A DNA stretch of 24,208 bases, taken from IMG/VR virus record IMGVR_UViG_2529292882_000005, positions 1 through 24,208 of that record. One strand, written 5' to 3'. Numbering within the stretch: the stretch's first letter is position 1; each line of letters opens with the position of its first letter. The translations under genes and the position numbers were made by a program. Under the pieces are notes generated by a model. That model made no database searches. It was given only the letters and a program-made list of their open reading frames with translations, and was not told the DNA's origin. This stretch comes from a virus (taxonomy: Duplodnaviria; Heunggongvirae; Uroviricota; Caudoviricetes). This document shows, in pieces, positions 15,471 to 23,788 of this stretch.

Positions 15471-16053
15471 CGATATCAGGAGCATACTGCCGGTCAGTGC
15501 CAGTCTGGCAGAGCGGGTGGTGGACTGTGTCGCCGGAGATATGCTGTCAGACATAGCGGTCTGCCTGATCCGCTATGTGAAAAATCCCGATTTATGTCCT
15601 GCTGAATTGCTGCCATGGCTGGCCTGGGAAATGGCGGTGGATACCTGGAATGAACACTGGACGGAGACGGAAAAAAGGTCTGCGATAAAACGTGCTGCTT
15701 ACATCCACCGCCACAGAGGGACTAAAGCGGCGCTGATGGCATCGCTGGCTGACAGTCCCTTCCGATCGCAGATTGTTGAGTGGTATGAGCAGACCCCACC
15801 CGGGGAGCCGTATACCTTCCGTCTGAACGTGGAGCAGAAGGATTTACCGGTGCTGATGAATGATCATCAGGATCTGAAGCATGCGGTGCTCCGTGCCAAA
15901 AATCTGCGCAGCTGGTTCAGTATTCACGTTTACGGGAACAGCACAGGGCGTGGATTTGGTTACGGCTATGTGATGGCGACAGAAAAAATCAGAAGTACCG
16001 GTGTGACAACAAAGACAGTGCCCACAGGCGGGCAGAGTGAGGCAGGTGTATGA
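15463..16053 (+). CDS. baseplate / tail fibre attachment protein (P2 gpI-like)
   Basis: 196 aa. ATG overlaps the J stop. LPWLAWEMAVDTWNEHWTETEKRSAIKRAAYIHRHRGTKAAL is typical of P2 gpI. Confidence 0.85.
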   Translation: MNDDIRSILPVSASLAERVVDCVAGDMLSDIAVCLIRYVKNPDLCPAELLPWLAWEMAVDTWNEHWTETEKRSAIKRAAYIHRHRGTKAALMASLADSPFRSQIVEWYEQTPPGEPYTFRLNVEQKDLPVLMNDHQDLKHAVLRAKNLRSWFSIHVYGNSTGRGFGYGYVMATEKIRSTGVTTKTVPTGGQSEAGV

Positions 16054-17279
16054 ATGGACTGATTCTGACAACGTCCGGCGCTGCAGAAATTGAAGCAGCA
16101 TATCAGAACGGGCAAACCGTGACCGTCCGGCATGTTCTGCTTGGTGACGGGGGCGGGCGGGCATTGCCATCCACGCCGGATGAAATGGCAGCAATGACAT
16201 CGTTGTACGGCGAATTCGGGCAGGAACCCTTTTCCGACGGTGCGGTGGAGGAGGGCTTCATCAGCGGGGATATTGTGATTGACTGTAAATCATACCCCGG
16301 TAAAACCCTTCGAGAACTGGGGATGATCAGCGACAGAGGTACGCTTATCGCGTACGGACGTTATCCGGACACCTTTTTACCAGACCAGACGGACTCCGTT
16401 ATCAAGGAAGTTATTCTGACGCTGGTTCTTGGGCTGACGCACGCACAAAACGTGGTGCTGGAAGTTGATCCGGACAGGGCCATTATTACTCAGGAAATCG
16501 GAGACAGACGCTATCTGCAACGAAAAAAGAATCTTTCGGATGTGGAAGACAAGGATGAGGCTGTTGAAAACCTCGGATTAAAACCCACGGTGGACAAGGC
16601 AAAAAATGCCGTTCAGCGTGATGGCGACACCATGACAGGAAAGCTGACGCTGCCCCAGACCTCCGGATTTGGTGTTAACACTGACAATACCCTGGGAGGT
16701 AACTCAATTGCTTTCGGGGATAACGATACAGGTATAAAACAAAACGGCGACGGCATTCTGGATGTTTATGCGAATGGACAGCATGTATTTCGTTTCCAGA
16801 ATGGTGTGGCGATAGCGTTAAAAAATATTCAGGCCGGAAATGCTAAAAAATTCACGTTATCCAGCGCCAACAACTCCACGAAAAACGCAACGTTTAATTT
16901 ATGGGGTAATTCATCCCGACCTGTAGTTGCAGAGCTTGGTGATGATTCCGGCTGGCATTTTTACAGCCAGAGAAATACCGATGGCAGTATCACATTCGCT
17001 GTAAACGGACAGATGACCCCATCAAACTATGGAAATTTCGATGCCCGTTATCAGCAGCGAAATGGCGGCGTGCAGGATGTGCGTTATGGTTCCGAAATGT
17101 ATTACAACCCGGGAGGTAACCAGGTATCCTGGACATTTCGCTCACCTTCAGGCCACGGGTTATCCGGTATTAATGTGCAGGAAACCGGAAGTAATTCGGC
17201 AGATAACATCGGCGGCGTGTATTACCGTCCGCTTCAGAAACTGATCAACGGCACCTGGTATAACGTGGCGAGTGTTTAA
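16050..17279 (+). CDS. tail fibre protein (P2 gpH-like; conserved N-terminal baseplate-binding part and C-terminal receptor-binding part)
   Basis: 409 aa. C-terminal GGNSIAFGDNDTGIKQNGDGILDVYANGQHVFRFQNGVAIALKNIQAG...VVAELGDDSGWHFYSQRNTDGSITFAVNGQMTPSNYGNFD...INGTWYNVASV matches the P2 gpH C-terminus. Shorter than P2 H (about 670 aa). Confidence 0.85.
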   Translation: MNGLILTTSGAAEIEAAYQNGQTVTVRHVLLGDGGGRALPSTPDEMAAMTSLYGEFGQEPFSDGAVEEGFISGDIVIDCKSYPGKTLRELGMISDRGTLIAYGRYPDTFLPDQTDSVIKEVILTLVLGLTHAQNVVLEVDPDRAIITQEIGDRRYLQRKKNLSDVEDKDEAVENLGLKPTVDKAKNAVQRDGDTMTGKLTLPQTSGFGVNTDNTLGGNSIAFGDNDTGIKQNGDGILDVYANGQHVFRFQNGVAIALKNIQAGNAKKFTLSSANNSTKNATFNLWGNSSRPVVAELGDDSGWHFYSQRNTDGSITFAVNGQMTPSNYGNFDARYQQRNGGVQDVRYGSEMYYNPGGNQVSWTFRSPSGHGLSGINVQETGSNSADNIGGVYYRPLQKLINGTWYNVASV

Positions 17280-17281
17280 CA

Positions 17282-17824
17282 ATGTTGCATTTAAAAAATA
17301 TTACTGCGGGCAATCCAAAAACCGCAGAACAATATCAGATGACAAAAAAATATGATGTTACCTGGCTTTTTTCGGAAGACGACAAAAACTGGTATGAAGA
17401 ACTGAAGAATTTCGCCAGCGACACAATAAAAATAGCTTACACCGGAGACGGGCGCGTGGTGTGGGTCGGTAAGGATGTGACAGGTATTGAACCCCGTAAC
17501 GCCAGTGTTATTGAAGTTCCTGATATTACCGCTAACCGCCGCATTACCGCACCGGGTTACTGGTTCTACCGCAATGATGAATTTGTTTTTGACTACAAAC
17601 TTAAAGCGGAAGATGAGCGTGATGCACTGTTAAAACAGGTCAGCATCATGACCAGCGAATGGGGAAAAGACCTGCTGCTGGGATTAATCAGTGACGAAGA
17701 CAGGGAGAAACTGAAAGCGTACCGCATTTACGCGAAATCGCTGCAGGCGATGGATTTCAGCGCTATTACGGATAAGACCACTTACAACAATATTAGCTGG
17801 CCTGAGCAGCCACAAAATACCTGA
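17282..17824 (+). CDS. tail fibre assembly protein (P2 gpG-like)
   Basis: MLHLKNITAGNPKTAEQYQMTKKYDVTWLFSEDDKNWYEELKNF...TIKI...VIEVPDIT parallels P2 gpG. Confidence 0.85.
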   Translation: MLHLKNITAGNPKTAEQYQMTKKYDVTWLFSEDDKNWYEELKNFASDTIKIAYTGDGRVVWVGKDVTGIEPRNASVIEVPDITANRRITAPGYWFYRNDEFVFDYKLKAEDERDALLKQVSIMTSEWGKDLLLGLISDEDREKLKAYRIYAKSLQAMDFSAITDKTTYNNISWPEQPQNT

Positions 17825-17842
17825 AAAAGAAGTTAATCATCT

Positions 17843-17867
17843 GACCGCCTGAGGGCGGTTTTTTTAT
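17843..17867 (+). terminator. rho-independent terminator between the fibre-assembly and sheath genes
   Basis: accgcc-tgag-ggcggt hairpin followed by ttttttt, 12 nt before the sheath ATG. Confidence 0.8.
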
Positions 17868-17878
17868 GGGAGAAATGT

Positions 17879-19354
17879 ATGTCCGGATTACATGGTGTTG
17901 AAACCATTGAACTGACGACAGGCACGGTTGCCGTGCAGACCATCTCCACGGCAGTGATTGGCCTGGTGGGGACAGCGCCGGACGCCTCTGGTGGTGTATG
18001 CGCTTCCGGCACAGCCGGCTCCTGGCTGCTGGGAACGGCGCTGGATTTCACGGCGAAACAGGAAGGTCGGGCCGGTAATAAGATTTCGGTTGTTGCTGTG
18101 GCTGCCACAGAACAAAACGCGCAGACAGTGGCCTCGCTGAAAGGTACGACCCTGACGATAACACTGGGGACGGACGAACACAGCCAGGTTAACGCCAAGG
18201 CGGACCGTGTGACTGAAGTGGTGAATGCGCTGGGGGATTCGCCTGTGACGGCGGCTGTCAGCACCCTGAATGCAGGAAGTGCTGAAAATAATGTGGTGTT
18301 GCCGTTCAGCCTGACGTTATCCGGCGGAGAAGATGAGGCGTTCCCGGTCAATACACCAGTGGTGGTGGCAGGGGCCATTACTCAGGCAGGGAAACTGGGC
18401 ACAGCCGGAACATTATACCCGGCCCTGCGAGATATTTTTGACCAGACTGGTGCGCTGGTGATTGTGGTGCGCGCAGAAAGTAAAACAAAGGCGAAAGAGG
18501 CTGAACAGCGTGTGGCGGTGATTCAGGCCATGGAGGCGCTGACAGAAAGTAAGGGCGTGACAGGCTATCAACCGCGCATCCTCATTGCCACGGGGTACAG
18601 TGAGGATGATGGCGTGGCAAAGGCGCTGGAAACGTATGCCGCGAAGCTGCGGGCTGTGGCCTATATTGACTCGCCCTCAATGGCAACGCCGCAGGATGTG
18701 GTCCAGCGGCGCGCGTCATTTGGTGGGCGTGTGGAGCTGCTGCGTCCGCGCGTGTCAGTGACGGATGACAGCGGGCAAACGATATTTCGTCCATATTCGG
18801 CTCGTGCTGCCGGGCTGCGTGCCCGTATTGATTACGAAAAAGGGTGGTGGTGGTCCAAATCAAACCAGGACGTGATGAATATCACCGGTCTGGAGCAGGT
18901 GGATACGTTTATTCTCGGGGAGCAGAACTGCACGGCAAACCTGCTGAACATGGAAAATATCTCCACCATTATTCGCCATGACGGTTTTAAACACTGGGGT
19001 AACCGTCTGTGCACATCCCACAGTCAGTGGCGTTTTGAGCCGGTACGCCGCACTGCAGATGTGATTGAGGACAGCATCCAGGAGGCCATGCTGCCTTATG
19101 TCGATCGTCCGCTTGATCGGGATGTGGCAGACGACATTCTTGGCAGCATTAATGCCTATATGCGTCAGCTTAAAAATCTGGGCGCGATCCACGGTGGCAG
19201 TGCATGGCTGAACGATGAACTGAACACTGCAGAAACCCTGGCGGCAGGGCAGTTGTATATCGATTATGACTTTGGGCCGAAGTCACCACTGGAGCGCCTG
19301 ACACTGCGGGCAATGATTAACAATAAACTGGCGCTGGAGGAACTGACGGTATGA
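17879..19354 (+). CDS. contractile tail sheath protein (P2 gpFI-like), 491 aa, with an extra N-proximal segment
   Basis: N-terminus (HGVETIELTTGTVAVQTISTAVIGLVGTA) and C-terminal two thirds (RILIATGY, LRAVAYID, GLRARIDYEKGWW, IRHDGFKHWGNR, GQLYIDYDF...LERLTLR) match P2 sheath. About 100 residues between them have no counterpart in my memory of P2 FI. Confidence 0.9.
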   Translation: MSGLHGVETIELTTGTVAVQTISTAVIGLVGTAPDASGGVCASGTAGSWLLGTALDFTAKQEGRAGNKISVVAVAATEQNAQTVASLKGTTLTITLGTDEHSQVNAKADRVTEVVNALGDSPVTAAVSTLNAGSAENNVVLPFSLTLSGGEDEAFPVNTPVVVAGAITQAGKLGTAGTLYPALRDIFDQTGALVIVVRAESKTKAKEAEQRVAVIQAMEALTESKGVTGYQPRILIATGYSEDDGVAKALETYAAKLRAVAYIDSPSMATPQDVVQRRASFGGRVELLRPRVSVTDDSGQTIFRPYSARAAGLRARIDYEKGWWWSKSNQDVMNITGLEQVDTFILGEQNCTANLLNMENISTIIRHDGFKHWGNRLCTSHSQWRFEPVRRTADVIEDSIQEAMLPYVDRPLDRDVADDILGSINAYMRQLKNLGAIHGGSAWLNDELNTAETLAAGQLYIDYDFGPKSPLERLTLRAMINNKLALEELTV

Positions 19355-19869
19355 TGACGGGTGAAAAAAAACTGTTGCGCGCATGGGCGTTATTTCTTCC
19401 TGGCGGGATCCGCCTTCAGGGGGCACATGAATACACGCCACCTGCCATTAATATCACGACAGTGGATATCAAAACCGGCGCAATGGATGCACCGGTGGCA
19501 GTGGATGACGGCATGGCAGCGCTGACCTGTTCGTTTAAGATTTATGGTTATGATGTTGCCATGCTTACGCTGCTGGGATTACAGGCCGGGCTTTATTCGC
19601 CGGAGATCGTTGTCCGCCAGGCTTACCAGGTGGGGAATGCGACCAGCGGACAGGTGGAAACCCTGCAGGGGATGATCACCAGTATCACGCCGGATGCACG
19701 TCCCGCAACGTCACAGGCAGAGGCTTCGGTGACGGTGGAAATGTCACTGAGTTATTACCGTCAGGCTGTTGACGGTGTGGAAACCATCTGCATTATTCCG
19801 GAGGAATTTGTGCGCCGTATTAACGGCGTTAATGTTCTGGCGGATCTGAAAAAAATCATCCGGGTTTAA
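19351..19869 (+). CDS. tail tube protein (P2 gpFII-like)
   Basis: 172 aa. ATG overlaps the sheath stop (ATGA). Follows the sheath gene as in P2. C-terminal INGVNVLADLKK resembles the P2 tube C-terminus. Confidence 0.85.
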   Translation: MMTGEKKLLRAWALFLPGGIRLQGAHEYTPPAINITTVDIKTGAMDAPVAVDDGMAALTCSFKIYGYDVAMLTLLGLQAGLYSPEIVVRQAYQVGNATSGQVETLQGMITSITPDARPATSQAEASVTVEMSLSYYRQAVDGVETICIIPEEFVRRINGVNVLADLKKIIRV

Positions 19870-19888
19870 TCCGGGGATCCTGTCATTC

Positions 19889-19917
19889 AGGCGGCTCAGG
19901 CCGCCTTTTCTTTTTAA
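19889..19917 (+). terminator. rho-independent terminator after the tube gene
   Basis: aggcggc-tcag-gccgcct hairpin followed by tttctttttaaa. Confidence 0.8.
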
Positions 19918-19928
19918 AGGAGATGCTT

Positions 19929-20231
19929 ATGTCGGAAAAAAACAGTGTTCCTGCCAGCAGCGTGGAAATTGTGTTATCCGTGCCGTATGTCACCGCATCA
20001 GGACAGACGATCACGCACGTCACTATGCGTGCGCCCACTGTCCGCGATCGTCTGTTGCATCGCCGGAGTAACAAACCGGAAGCAGAGGCTGATCTGGATA
20101 TGATTGCCGGTCTGTGTGGGATGGACGCGGCAGACATGATGAACATGGAAGCGTGTGATTACCTGGCCCTGGAGCGTCAGTTTAATGTTTTTTTGCTGCC
20201 GCCGGTCCGGCGGAAGAAGAAAGCATCCTGA
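19929..20231 (+). CDS. tail assembly chaperone (P2 gpE-like)
   Basis: ATG at 19929 with aaaggag SD (the track start 19923 is too close to the SD). About 100 aa. Contains a slippery run near its 3' end. Confidence 0.75.
   Translation: MSEKNSVPASSVEIVLSVPYVTASGQTITHVTMRAPTVRDRLLHRRSNKPEAEADLDMIAGLCGMDAADMMNMEACDYLALERQFNVFLLPPVRRKKKAS
20189..20195 (+). other. -1 programmed ribosomal frameshift slippery heptamer T_TTT_TTG (E to E-prime)
   Basis: ttttttt g at 20188-20195 in the E frame (GTT TTT TTG). The -1 frame is open from 20195 to a TAA at 20366-20368 and encodes AAGPAEEESILTAIRRAGAWFGWSPGDVMALPYTDFVAMMLAESEERKRCYGNGGR. Same arrangement as the P2 E/E-prime frameshift. Confidence 0.65.
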
Positions 20232-20348
20232 CAGCGATACGGCGTGCCGGTGCCTGGTTCGGGTGGTCTCCCGGAGATGTGATGGCGCTGCCGTATACGG
20301 ATTTTGTGGCAATGATGCTGGCGGAGTCGGAAGAGAGGAAGCGATGTT

Positions 20349-22001
20349 ATGGCAACGGTGGGCGATAACCTTAAAGCGAATATCCGGATCGGAGGCACGA
20401 TAGATCCGTCGTGGAAAAAATCGGTTGATGGGTTGAAGCACGGATTATCAGGGGCAACACAGGAAGTGGCTCGTCTGACACGCCAGCAGGACGTACTGAA
20501 ACGAAAAATTCAGGCTGGCGTTCTGGCTGGACAGGATATTACTGATCTGCGAAAGCAGTATGAAAAGCTGGGTAAAAAAATTCATGATGCCACCGGAGAG
20601 CAGGACAAATTTAACCGTAAGCTGGCGCGCGCGGAACGTCTGGCTCGCTGGAAAGGGTGGGCCGGGACCGTTCTTAAGACCGGGCTGGGGCTTTCGGTTG
20701 GTTCCGGGCTTACGCTGGCAGCAGGTGCAAGTGCGGTACTGAACCGGAATTCGGAAACAGCAGAGCGTGCAGGGATAGCGCGGAGCTACGGGGTGGACTA
20801 TGAAACCTATGCGGCGTGGGATTCACTGGGCCGTCAGATGGGGTTAAACGGTGAAAACATCGGTGATCTGTTTGAGGAATACCGGAACAAGGTTTTTGAC
20901 GATGATAATGGTGCCACGGACAAAGGAGCCATTCAGGAGGTATTCGGTAAACTGGGGCTGAAAGCGGGCGTAATGGCCGGAAAAAGTAACCAGGAGCAGG
21001 TCGAATTTTTATTTGATCGCTTACTGCAGGTAGAGAATGAACAGGTGGCAGCCGGGATGGCAGATGCGTTGTTCGGTGGTGAGGCCAATAAAATTCTGAC
21101 CTGGATGCGTCTGTCAGGGAAAACTTACCGGGAGCTTATCAGTGAGCAGAAACGCTATAACCTGGTGACAAAGGCAGGGGCTGATGGCGCAGTTCAGGGA
21201 CATGTGGCACTGTCAAATCTCCGTAATGTTCTGAGTTCTTCCATTGATGAAATCAGCGGGCAGCTGGGTAATGAACTTGCCCCACATATTCAACAGGTGA
21301 CGGATGACCTTGCGGCCTGGTTTAAGAATGGTGGGCTGGAAAAAATCCGGGCATTTATTCGTGATGATGCCCTGCCGGCGCTGATCGACATGGCTGCCTG
21401 GATGTGGAAATTTGGAAAAGTTCTTGCCGGAATTACACAAAAAGCCATTGAGTGGGGGCTGGCGGATGATCCGCGAGAGGACCGACGGGAAGTGCTGGAG
21501 TATCTGGCAAAAATGGGGTCGCCGGAGCTGGCGAGAGCAGTGGCGCAGAAAAACGGTCAGGGTGAATGGTTTGATGAACTGCTCAGGCAAAATCCTGACC
21601 TGACAAAACAGGTTGTACAGGCCTATAAAGACACCCGCGGTTATCTCCCCTGGAATCATGACGATAAAAAGTTTGATGCATTTCTCGACCCTCTGCTGGG
21701 GCCGAAAGAAGAACCTGATTTTAAGGCGATAAAAGAGAAATCCCGCACCTATATTGACGGACTTCCTGCAGCAGTTCAGGGGCAGGGTAATTCGGATCCT
21801 CTCTCGGCTCTTCAGTCTACCCCCGGCAGTGTCAGCCAGGTGGAAGTAAAACCCACCTATCAGATACGGGCGGAATTTAACATCACTCAGAAGCCTGGCG
21901 AGGATGCCGGACAACTGGCTGACAGGGTAACGAAAAATCTGGGAGATATTCATTTTGGTCAGCGTTCCCGCATGACCGATGGCGATGCATTCTGGGGGTG
22001 A
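20349..22001 (+). CDS. tail tape measure protein (P2 gpT-like), 550 aa
   Basis: Position after E/E-prime. Long alpha-helical-looking sequence with Gly-rich hydrophobic stretch (GLGLSVGSGLTLAAGASAV). Start overlaps the end of the E-prime frame. Confidence 0.85.
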   Translation: MATVGDNLKANIRIGGTIDPSWKKSVDGLKHGLSGATQEVARLTRQQDVLKRKIQAGVLAGQDITDLRKQYEKLGKKIHDATGEQDKFNRKLARAERLARWKGWAGTVLKTGLGLSVGSGLTLAAGASAVLNRNSETAERAGIARSYGVDYETYAAWDSLGRQMGLNGENIGDLFEEYRNKVFDDDNGATDKGAIQEVFGKLGLKAGVMAGKSNQEQVEFLFDRLLQVENEQVAAGMADALFGGEANKILTWMRLSGKTYRELISEQKRYNLVTKAGADGAVQGHVALSNLRNVLSSSIDEISGQLGNELAPHIQQVTDDLAAWFKNGGLEKIRAFIRDDALPALIDMAAWMWKFGKVLAGITQKAIEWGLADDPREDRREVLEYLAKMGSPELARAVAQKNGQGEWFDELLRQNPDLTKQVVQAYKDTRGYLPWNHDDKKFDAFLDPLLGPKEEPDFKAIKEKSRTYIDGLPAAVQGQGNSDPLSALQSTPGSVSQVEVKPTYQIRAEFNITQKPGEDAGQLADRVTKNLGDIHFGQRSRMTDGDAFWG

Positions 22002-22492
22002 ATATGGTGGATTTGCTGGGCTGGGGTGTAAACCGGCTTGAGCGCGAAGCATGGGACGCGGTGGGCTCATTAACGGATGTCGCCTCCCGCGTCATGCTGT
22101 CGTTTGGTGAGTTTGAATTCAGTATTGATACTGCTGCATATAACGCCATGAAGCGCACGATGGAATGGCGATGGGATGAACAACAGCTTATCGGAAAAAA
22201 CGACCTGCTGCAGTATACCGGTAAGGGGGCCAGAACAATAACCCTTGAAGGTATGGTGCATGCGGGATTTCGTGACGGTGTGGGAATGGATGCCCTTGAT
22301 ACACTGGTTCAGATGGTGGATGGCAATCCGGCCCCGCATCTTCTGGTCTCGAGCACAGGTGATGTGATGGGGTATTTCGTGGCAACCGCCTATTCAGATA
22401 ACACCACGTCTTTTCTTCCCGGCGGTGCGCCAAAGAACAAAACGTTCACACTGGAGCTGAAATACTATGGCGAAAAACTGGCGGACCACTGA
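21998..22492 (+). CDS. tail protein (P2 gpU-like)
   Basis: GTG at 21998 overlapping the tape-measure stop (GTGA), or ATG at 22004. Position and length as for P2 gpU. Confidence 0.8.
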   Translation: MNMVDLLGWGVNRLEREAWDAVGSLTDVASRVMLSFGEFEFSIDTAAYNAMKRTMEWRWDEQQLIGKNDLLQYTGKGARTITLEGMVHAGFRDGVGMDALDTLVQMVDGNPAPHLLVSSTGDVMGYFVATAYSDNTTSFLPGGAPKNKTFTLELKYYGEKLADH

Positions 22493-22685
22493 CGGCGATA
22501 TGCTGGATGACATCTGCCAGAGACATTATGGCAGTGCCGGGCTTAACCAGTCACTGGCGGCGGTACTGGAAGCCAATCCCGGGCTGGCTGACTTTGGTCC
22601 GGTGTATCCCGCCGGGGTGGAAATCGTGTTGCCTGACTGGACATATGAACCGGAAATGAAGGAGACGTTTCAGTTATGGGACTGA
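22467..22685 (+). CDS. tail protein X (P2 gpX-like, LysM-type)
   Basis: 72 aa. GDMLDDICQRHYG...VLEANPGLADFGPVYPAGVEIVLPD parallels P2 gpX (GDTLDAICVRYYG...VLAANPGLAELG...). Confidence 0.8.
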   Translation: MAKNWRTTDGDMLDDICQRHYGSAGLNQSLAAVLEANPGLADFGPVYPAGVEIVLPDWTYEPEMKETFQLWD

Positions 22686-23764
22686 ATGAATATCAGCCGG
22701 ATTTCAGTCTGACAGCGGAAGGTCAGGATATCACGAAGGCAATAAAACGTGGGCTGGCTGAACTGCGATATACCGATAATGGTGCTGGCACAAAGCGGTC
22801 CGATGAACTGATGATAACGCTGTTCAGCGAGACGCTGGCGTTGCCACCGAAAGGCGCGGTGCTAACGCTGGGACTGGGGTTCAACGGAAATCTGGTCAAT
22901 AAAGGCAGTTTTACCGTCTGTCAGGTGGCAAGCGGTGGTCCTCCCCGCCGGCTCACCATTTATGCCACCGCAGCCCCCATGAATGCGTCAAAACATGGCG
23001 CAGACGTGACCGCACTGAAAACCCGGGCTTTCAGCGATATCACACTGGGCGACCTGGTGAAAACCATCGCCACTGAAAATAATCTGGTGGCGCGCGTCTC
23101 ATCGGTGCTTGCTGATATTCATATCCCGTGGGTGATGCAGTCATCAGAATCTGATGCTGCCCTCTTATCCCGCATTGCAGGTATGTACGGCGCCACCAGT
23201 AAACCGACCAATGGCTACTGGTTATTTCTGGAATACGGGGCATCACAGAGTACGGGGGGCAGAAATGCGCCTGAGATAACCATTACGCCGGGTATGGTAT
23301 CAGACTGGGATTATCGTGAAGGTGAGCGACAGGGCGCTGCGGGTGGTGCGAAGGGGGATAAAAAGAGCGGGAAAGTTGGGGTCCGGTATTTTGATGCCCG
23401 TGACGGACGCACACGTGAAGTTAAAGTTGACGTGGAGTCAACAGATAAGCGGCATCCGTTTACCCAGCCTGACCAGGGCACCGCAAAACACTGTGCAGAG
23501 TCGAAGGTTAAACGTGTGCAGAAAGCCGGACGCCAGATGACGATAACGTTGCCCTGCAGGCCGGAACTGCTGAAAGCAGGGGCGGAGATGCGTTTTGTCA
23601 CGCAGGGATTTGGTGTGCGTGAGGACCATCACTGGCAGGCTGAGTCTGTGGAGTTTTCACTGGTACCGGGACAGGGATTTACGCTGAATCTGTCACTGAC
23701 CACGGATATTTCTGCAAAGGGGAAAGCCAGTGGCAAGAAAAAAGGCGTCAATTATTTTGGTTAA
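22676..23764 (+). CDS. tail protein / late control protein D (P2 gpD-like)
   Basis: 362 aa. ATG overlaps the X 3' end. Last gene of the P2-order tail block. Resembles P2 gpD from memory. Confidence 0.85.
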   Translation: MGLNEYQPDFSLTAEGQDITKAIKRGLAELRYTDNGAGTKRSDELMITLFSETLALPPKGAVLTLGLGFNGNLVNKGSFTVCQVASGGPPRRLTIYATAAPMNASKHGADVTALKTRAFSDITLGDLVKTIATENNLVARVSSVLADIHIPWVMQSSESDAALLSRIAGMYGATSKPTNGYWLFLEYGASQSTGGRNAPEITITPGMVSDWDYREGERQGAAGGAKGDKKSGKVGVRYFDARDGRTREVKVDVESTDKRHPFTQPDQGTAKHCAESKVKRVQKAGRQMTITLPCRPELLKAGAEMRFVTQGFGVREDHHWQAESVEFSLVPGQGFTLNLSLTTDISAKGKASGKKKGVNYFG

Positions 23765-23788
23765 TGTTTTCTGAATCAGGAAATAAAC

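Noticed and set aside
17833-18378. 181-aa minus-strand ORF inside the sheath gene
   Set aside because: Antisense to a well-supported conserved CDS; GC-rich antisense frames often stay open by chance; low-complexity Ala/Thr/Ser/Pro composition.
21213-22070. 285-aa minus-strand ORF inside the tape measure gene
   Set aside because: Antisense to the tape measure and U genes, no SD, atypical composition; judged spurious.
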